64,000 nt of DNA from Octopus vulgaris (Eukaryota): assembly GCA_951406725.2 (NCBI GenBank), contig OX597842.1:32736001-32800000 (forward strand), read 5' to 3'. Shown one piece after another: positions 56,435 to 64,000 of the stretch. How positions within the stretch are numbered: position 1 is the stretch's first letter; every line of letters begins with the position of its first letter. The position numbers and the translations under genes are program-made. Below the pieces are notes generated by a model. It was not told where the DNA came from, did not search any database, and worked only from the letters and a program-made list of their open reading frames with translations.

Positions 56435-56890
56435 AATCCCCCAAGGAAACCTCCCGAGGACAAAATACCCCAAGGACAAATTCTCTCCAAGGACAAAATC
56501 CCCCGAAGAACAAAATCCCTCCGAGGAAAAAGAAACCCCAAGGACAAACCCACCCGACGACAAAATCCCCCAAGGACAAAATCCCTCAAGGACACTTCCC
56601 TCGAGGACAAATTCCTCCCCAAGATCAAAATCACCTGAGGACAAAATTTCCCCGAAGACAAAACCCCACAAGGACAAAATTCCCCCAAGTACAAAATCCT
56701 CCCAGATAAGATTGCTATTGTCCTTTTCAATGAAAAATATTAAAATTTTTAAAAATAAAATTTCACATTCGTAAAATATTTTTATTGTAAAGAAAGAACA
56801 ATATCGCAAAGAATATCGGCTGCCGAGGAATTTTGTCCAGGGATAGGGTGGGGCGAATATTGACCGGTGGGGATTTTGTCCTAGTGTCCA
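56435..56890. mobile_element. Foldback/Mutator-like relic with GGACAAAATCCCC subterminal repeat arrays
   Basis: About 14 copies of a ~16-20 bp GGACAAAATCCCC-like unit at 56435-56705; inverted copies (GGAATTTTGTCC, GGGGATTTTGTCC) at 56827-56882. Confidence 0.6.
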
Positions 56891-57202
56891 TAGAATACAG
56901 TCCGACGTGAAGACAATTTAGAACCTCGCTATTCAATAAGGGTTTGCATTATACTGTTCAAAAATACCCCAAAATCATATGAAGTACTCCAGATAAAAAC
57001 TTACATGAGCTTAGCATCTAAGTTTTGTTGGCACAAGACACCAGGCAAAGCAGGTCCACCGGGGAACCCATGATGGACCCCTCTGTTTTGACAGGAAGGG
57101 CATCCCCTATATCCACTGCGTTCCCTCTAGCTAGACGGTCACCAAACAGTACAACAACAAATTCAGAAACTGATTTCAAAATGTTACCCACCGTCTTTCC
57201 TT

Positions 57203-57352
57203 TCTGAGTTCAACTTCCGCCGAGGTCAACTCTGCCTTTTATTTTTTATTCTTTCCGGGTCTATAAAACAAGTACTAGTTGAGCAATAGGGGCCATGTAA
57301 TCGACTGGCACCTTCCCTCGAAATTGCTGGCCGTGTGCCAAAATTTGAAACT
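57203..57352 (+). mobile_element. SINE family B (Meta-type), diverged
   Basis: TTCTGAGTTCAA.TTCCGCCGAGGTC.ACT.TGCCTTT..CGGGTC.ATAAA..AAGTAC.AGTTGAGCA. Confidence 0.75.
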
Positions 57353-57473
57353 AGTGTTACCTCACTGTTATATTATTTCTGATACATATATAAACACACG
57401 CACACAGACATACACACACACACGTGTGTGTTGTACAAGCGTGCAATTTTTTTTAAATAGATTCGTAAATATA

Positions 57474-57559
<86 letters not shown>

Positions 57560-57627
57560 TAGATAGATAGATAGATAGATAGATAGGTAGATAGATAGAT
57601 AGATAGATGGATAGACAGATGGATAGG

Positions 57628-57689
<62 letters not shown>

Positions 57690-58431
57690 TAGACAGAGAT
57701 AGATAGATAGATAGACAATTAAATGCAAGGAAAAAGAGAAAGAGAGTGGGAGAAAGAGACAAACAGAAGGCGAGGGAAAGAGAGAAAAAGAAGGAGAGAT
57801 AAGCAAATAGCTAGAGAGAGAGGGGGGGAGAGGGAGAAAGACAGACAGAGAGAAAGAGACAGAGAAAGGAACACAAGGCTTTGCTTGGCGAAATCAAATC
57901 GCGTAATTCTAAGACAGGGAGATAGAAAAAAAAATGTAGAAATACGATTTTAAGAAAAGCCAAAAATTTCTCAGCTAACGCCATTACAGCAAGTGTCAAT
58001 CCGCCCCTGCATTCCACTCCCCCGCCATCATCATCATCAACAGCAGAAGCAGCAGCCGCGGCAGTAGCACCTTCAGCTGAGATGCCACACTTAACGAACC
58101 ATTTTCTTTCTGACGGAGAGAAAGAATGTTTTCTGTGGAGAAGTTCGTGCCTCATCTCGAAGACACGTCACTAAAGGCTTGAGGATTTTCAAGTCCGCTT
58201 CTCCCCTCCGCCACCCGTCAAACAACAGCGCAAAAGACACATTAACTCGCCACGGAACGACAAGAACCGTCACCAAACGCGGCCGGCGCCGCCGCTTCCT
58301 CCACGCGGAGATGTCACCCAAACCATCACTCAAGATTAACAGGTCATACCATTAAGGTATCTTAACCATTAACCATCAGCGATGTTGTCTTGCCAGCGAC
58401 AGAACAAACGAAAGAGTCTTAGGAGCGATGC

Positions 58432-59072
58432 GGGAGACCTCAAACCGGTTCTTATCTTTGGGAAAGATAGCAGCTAAATCACCCTCAAATCACACCCTAC
58501 TCTCTTATTCATGTATTTACATATGTCGGACACCTCTACATGGTAGCTAGACCTGATAGAAATAGCAGCCAAATCTCCCTCAAATCACACCCTACTCTCT
58601 TATCTATGTATATATGTATGTATGAGCCAATGAGGGAGACCTCTACATGGTAGCTAGACCTGATAGAAATAGCAGCCAAAACTCCCTCAAATCACACCCT
58701 ACTCTCTTATCTATGTATATATGTATGTATGAGCCAATGAGGGAGACCTCTACATGGTAGCTAGACCTGGTAGAAATAGCAGCCAAATCTCCCTCAAATC
58801 ACACCCTATTCTCTTATGTATATATGTACGTATGAACCAAATGAGGGAGACCTCTACATGGTAGCTAGACCTTGTAGAAATAGCAGCCAAATCTCCCTCA
58901 AATCACACCCTACTCTCTTATCTATGTATATATGTATGTATGAGCCAATGAGGGAGACCTCTACATGAAAGCTAGACCTGGTAGAAATAGCAGCCAAATC
59001 TCCCTCAAAACACACCCTATTCTCTTATTTATATATGTATGTATGAGCCAATGAGGGAGACCTCTACATGGT
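58432..59072. repeat. Tandem array of a 103-107 bp unit, about six copies
   Basis: CTCTACAT anchor at 58534, 58641, 58748, 58852, 58959, 59062; unit contains AGAAATAGCAGCCAAATCTCCCTCAAATCACACCCTA. Confidence 0.95.
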
Positions 59073-59188
59073 CGCTTTATGTATATATGTATGTATGAGC
59101 TATTAGTTGGTTCTAGGTGTACATAAATACATACGTGTAAACACGTGTGCACAGACACACACACACATATATATATAGATATATACAT

Positions 59189-59298
59189 GGAGGTGCAATG
59201 GCCTAATGGCCCAGCGGACTCGTGGTCGTAGGAACGCGGTTCCGATTCTCAGATCACGCGTTGTGAGTGTTTATTGAGCGAAAACACCTAAAGCTCCA
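59189..59298 (+). mobile_element. 5' fragment of the tRNA-derived SINE at 59589
   Basis: GGAGGTGCAATGGCC..CAGCGGACTCG..GTTGTGAGTGTTTATTGAGCGAAAACACCTAAAGCT. Confidence 0.85.
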
Positions 59299-59423
59299 AA
59301 TATATATATTTGTGTGTGTGTGTGTGTGTATGTCTCCACGTTGTTCCGGGCTCAGGCGTACTCTCTGAGTGTATATATATATTATATTTCGGAATGGTCA
59401 TTTTGCGCGTTTAGCCAATATAG

Positions 59424-59971
<548 letters not shown>

Positions 59972-60395
59972 ATATTCCATATATATATATATATATGTAC
60001 ACACACACACACACCCAGCCACACACATATATATAAATTAATAAATAAATAAAACATATGCATATATACATACATATATGTACGTACCTACCTCTACATG
60101 CATATATACATGCATATATGGGTACAGGACACCAAAAAAACGTCGAACACAATGAGAAACGAAAACATAAATACAAAACCAAGGAAATGGACATTTTTCT
60201 TAAACAACGAAAAAATAGAGTACAGGACATACAACGCATACACACACACACATATATCAGTTTCTGCTAAATATTGATAAAAATACACATATACTCATAT
60301 TCTGACTTCCATTTTTCCCGCTTGCACCAACATACACACACACACACACACACACACTCTCTCTCTCTCTCTGTTTCTCTCTTTCAATCTTCCTT

Positions 60396-60431
<36 letters not shown>

Positions 60432-60637
60432 AGACACACACACACACATATAGATACGTAAATGTCGAACAAAGAAGATTAGGGATCAGCATCGCATTGG
60501 CGGATAAAACTTCTAAATTTGTGTATTAAAGCTACCATTGGTTTCATGTGAAGACAAATATCTTGTTATCTTGATAATTTTTTTAAGCAGATCACATGGA
60601 GTAATGGTGTTCATTTCCATTTTGGATGAAAAAGTAT

Positions 60638-60804
60638 AGGCGCAGGAGTGGCTGTGTGGTAAGTAGCTTGCTTACCAACCAAATGGTTCCGGGTTCAGTC
60701 CCACTGCATGGCACCTTGTGCTAGTATCTTCTAATATAGCCTCGGGCCGACTAAAGCTTTGTGGAAAGCCTTGTAGACGGAAATTGAAAGAAGCCCGTCG
60801 TATA

Positions 60805-60859
<55 letters not shown>

Positions 60860-61075
60860 ATATATGCATGTGTGTGTATATATTAGTGTGTCTGTGTTTG
60901 TCCTCCCAACATCGCTTGACAACCGATGCTGGTATGTTTACGTCCCCGTACCTCAGCGGTTCGGCAAAAGAGACCAATAGAATAAGTGCTAGGCTTCCAA
61001 AGAATAAGTCCTGTGGTCGATTTGCTCGACTAAAGGCGTTGCTCCAACATGACCGCCGTCAAATGACTGAAACAA
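60638..61075 (+). mobile_element. SINE family A, full-length
   Basis: GGCGCAGGAGTGGCTGTGTGGTAAGTAGC head through GTCAAATGACTGAAACAAG tail. Confidence 0.9.
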
Positions 61076-61117
61076 GAGAGAAAGAGAGAGACAGAGAGAG
61101 AGAGAGGTGCTCCTCAA

Positions 61118-61157
<40 letters not shown>

Positions 61158-61535
61158 GTCTTTCTATGTATGTATGTATGTATGTATGTATGTATCTATT
61201 TGTCTATCTATCTATATCTCTGTCTGTGTATTTCCTTAATCGAATTCTTTCACCGCAAACACACACACACACACACAACACACACACACACACACAAGCA
61301 CACAGTCGCAAAAACACGCAGGTACACACGCATACGATGGCAGACATATTTATTTAAATTTTATGACACTGGCAAAAGAATGCCAGCCAACCGAAACTGC
61401 GAAGTCACTGTCACCATTCGTTATGTAAAAGTTTAATAATAAGATCTTTAGTGAAAACTACTAAGGAACATTCCAGTTAAATGTTAATGAGTTTTTACGC
61501 ATAGCTTCATATCAAAATAAAAAAAATATACATAC

Positions 61536-61688
<153 letters not shown>

Positions 61689-61740
61689 GTATATATATGT
61701 ATATATATATATAGACATAAAAATATCTACATATATACAT

Positions 61741-61827
<87 letters not shown>

Positions 61828-61923
61828 TACATATTTGTCTATGTATGCACACAAACACACATATGCGTATATAGATGTATATACATGCATGCATACATAC
61901 ATACATACATATCTACCTACCTC

Positions 61924-61961
<38 letters not shown>

Positions 61962-61993
61962 TATAAATGTATATATGTATGTATATGTATATA

Positions 61994-62046
<53 letters not shown>

Positions 62047-62264
62047 ATATACACATGAATTTTGTGTGCATAAACATGTAGACTGTGTTCTAAATGAAAT
62101 CTCGTATAAATGACACTAATCTTTGCCAAGACATGTTTCTTATCTACCAGACTTCTTTTGCATCCAAGATCCAGGGAACATTCTGTCTCATTTGACGGGT
62201 CGTCTGCCTATCACTCTTCTTCCGTCTCAATCTCTCTCTCTTTCTCTCTCTATTTATGTATCTG

Positions 62265-62330
<66 letters not shown>

Positions 62331-63269
62331 CATTCATCCAGCCATCTCTGTAGGTCTGTATACATCTATCTATTTTCCCCTTGCTGTCTCCTTATATGTG
62401 TAGATACACACACACATATATATGAACGTATATATTTATATTGTACATGTATCTATGTATACACGTATACGCATACATGCATGCATCTATCTACCTACCT
62501 ATCTATGTATCTCTCGATATATATATATATATATATATACATAGATATTGTATATGCTATATGTGTGTACGTACGCGCGAGTGTGCGTGTATGTGTTTCA
62601 ATGTAGTCAGTCATCTACTTGCGTCTGCCCGAGGTTAACCGTCCTTTGAACTGCCAACCGAAAATATATGTATGTGTGTGTATATGTATGTATGTTTATG
62701 CATATCTCTCTCTCTATATATATATATATACATTTATAATTAGTTATATGTATATATTCATAATTAGATATATGTCAATAGACTATACATCAATATATAT
62801 ATTATGTCATATTTGTATGTGTATGTATGTATGTATCTGTCTGTCTGTCTGTCTGTGTGTGCATATATATATATATATATGTACATATATACATGCATAT
62901 ACATATATATGTACATATATATATTTGTTTTATATATATATATATAAATTTATGCATATATATATACATTTATTATCGTTCCGTTGATTCCCTCCCCTAA
63001 TTGTTGTCTATGGGTATATATATATCTATACATACAGAGAAAAAGAGAGAAAAGGAGAGAGAGAATGACAAACCCGTACATACGTACATACACACACACA
63101 CACTTTTACGTCTGTATGTCAAAGGGGTATAAAGAAGAAAATGCAATTACCAAACAAACAAACAATCAACTAAACAACTAAACAAATAAAACCAACAGAT
63201 CAAATAAAATTGAAAAAAAAAAACCCCGAAAAAACTATTAAAAAAACCCCTGGCAAAACGTAAAGAAAA

Positions 63270-63560
63270 CAAAGCTAACAGCGTCGTTCGACGCATCCAA
63301 AATGGCCGCAATGTCACAAAAATTGTCGGACATCTTTTTCGTGATCTATTTCGGGATAATCTCTTGTCTCAATATCGAGAATGTTCGGTGATATAATGCG
63401 ACTCGTGTCGGTTGTCAATAAATAGAACAGGGGGCGCTGTAGCTTATTGCTGTTATTGGTGGTGGTGGTGGTGGTGGTGACGGTGGCTGTGATGGTGTCA
63501 TGGTTAAGTTTAAATTTGGAAGCAGAGTTTTACTGCGGGCGGAACGGAGCCAAAATTTAG
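63270..63560. promoter_or_regulatory. CpG-containing island with YY1 and CTCF-like motifs
   Basis: CAAAATGGCCGC 63298-63309; CAGGGGGCGCTG 63428-63439. Confidence 0.4.
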
Positions 63561-63711
63561 GAACCGTGTGTGTGTGTATGTATGTCATTACGTATGTGTG
63601 TAAGTACGTATATATGTATGCTTGTATGTATGTATGAATTTATGTAACTATTTTGGTAGTTATGTGATCATGTCTATATTATGTAAGCTTGTATGTATGT
63701 ATGTATGTATG

Positions 63712-63743
<32 letters not shown>

Positions 63744-63909
63744 TGTATGTATGTATGTATGTATGTATGTATGTATGTATGTATGTATGTATGTGTGTGT
63801 GTGAGTGTGTGTCAGTACTCGGGTTTCTGTGTCATTGTGAATGTATATGTATATGTATATGTATATATATATATATGTATGTATATATGTATATAGATGT
63901 GTGTATATA

Positions 63910-63944
<35 letters not shown>

Positions 63945-64000
63945 CTACATATATAAATGTGCATATGCACGCATACATATATATGTATGTATATATATAT

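Noticed and set aside
55745-56809. 354-aa ORF with repeated GFVLG/GILS motifs
   Set aside because: Reads through the GGACAAAATCCCC array, SINEs and microsatellite; not a protein repeat.
57811-58333. GC-rich ORFs with poly-Ala/Asp
   Set aside because: No recognisable domain or splice signals; treated as a non-coding GC-rich island.

Overview
AT-rich, repeat-saturated animal genomic DNA, most consistent with an octopod cephalopod. That assignment is inferred from the tRNA-derived SINE families and the extreme microsatellite load and was not checked against a database. I found no convincing host protein-coding exon; nearly all listed ORFs are translations of simple repeats. The only recognisable coding remnants are non-LTR retrotransposon pieces: an R4/Dong-type CCHC+RLE 3' end in a (TAA)n tract, an R4/Dong RT fragment, a split and inverted Hero/R2-like RT fragment, and an RTE-like 3' end. 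Other content: about 25 SINE copies from three or four families, several DNA-transposon relics, and a U6 snRNA pseudogene lacking its catalytic internal stem-loop. At least nine short Penelope-like elements carry minimal hammerhead ribozymes, mostly in (TA)n tracts; one family has a fixed non-canonical CUGUAGA core and a compensatory change in stem II. The most unusual structures are (i) a promoter-like cassette at about 5160-5260 directly followed by a 3.1-kb degenerate array of ~80-90 bp units with two conserved boxes, a candidate repeat-rich lncRNA or protein-binding platform, and (ii) many short CpG-containing islands between microsatellites that repeatedly carry YY1-, TCACGTGA E-box-, ETS- and CTCF-like motifs with no gene attached. 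All coordinates, counts and alignments were done by eye.
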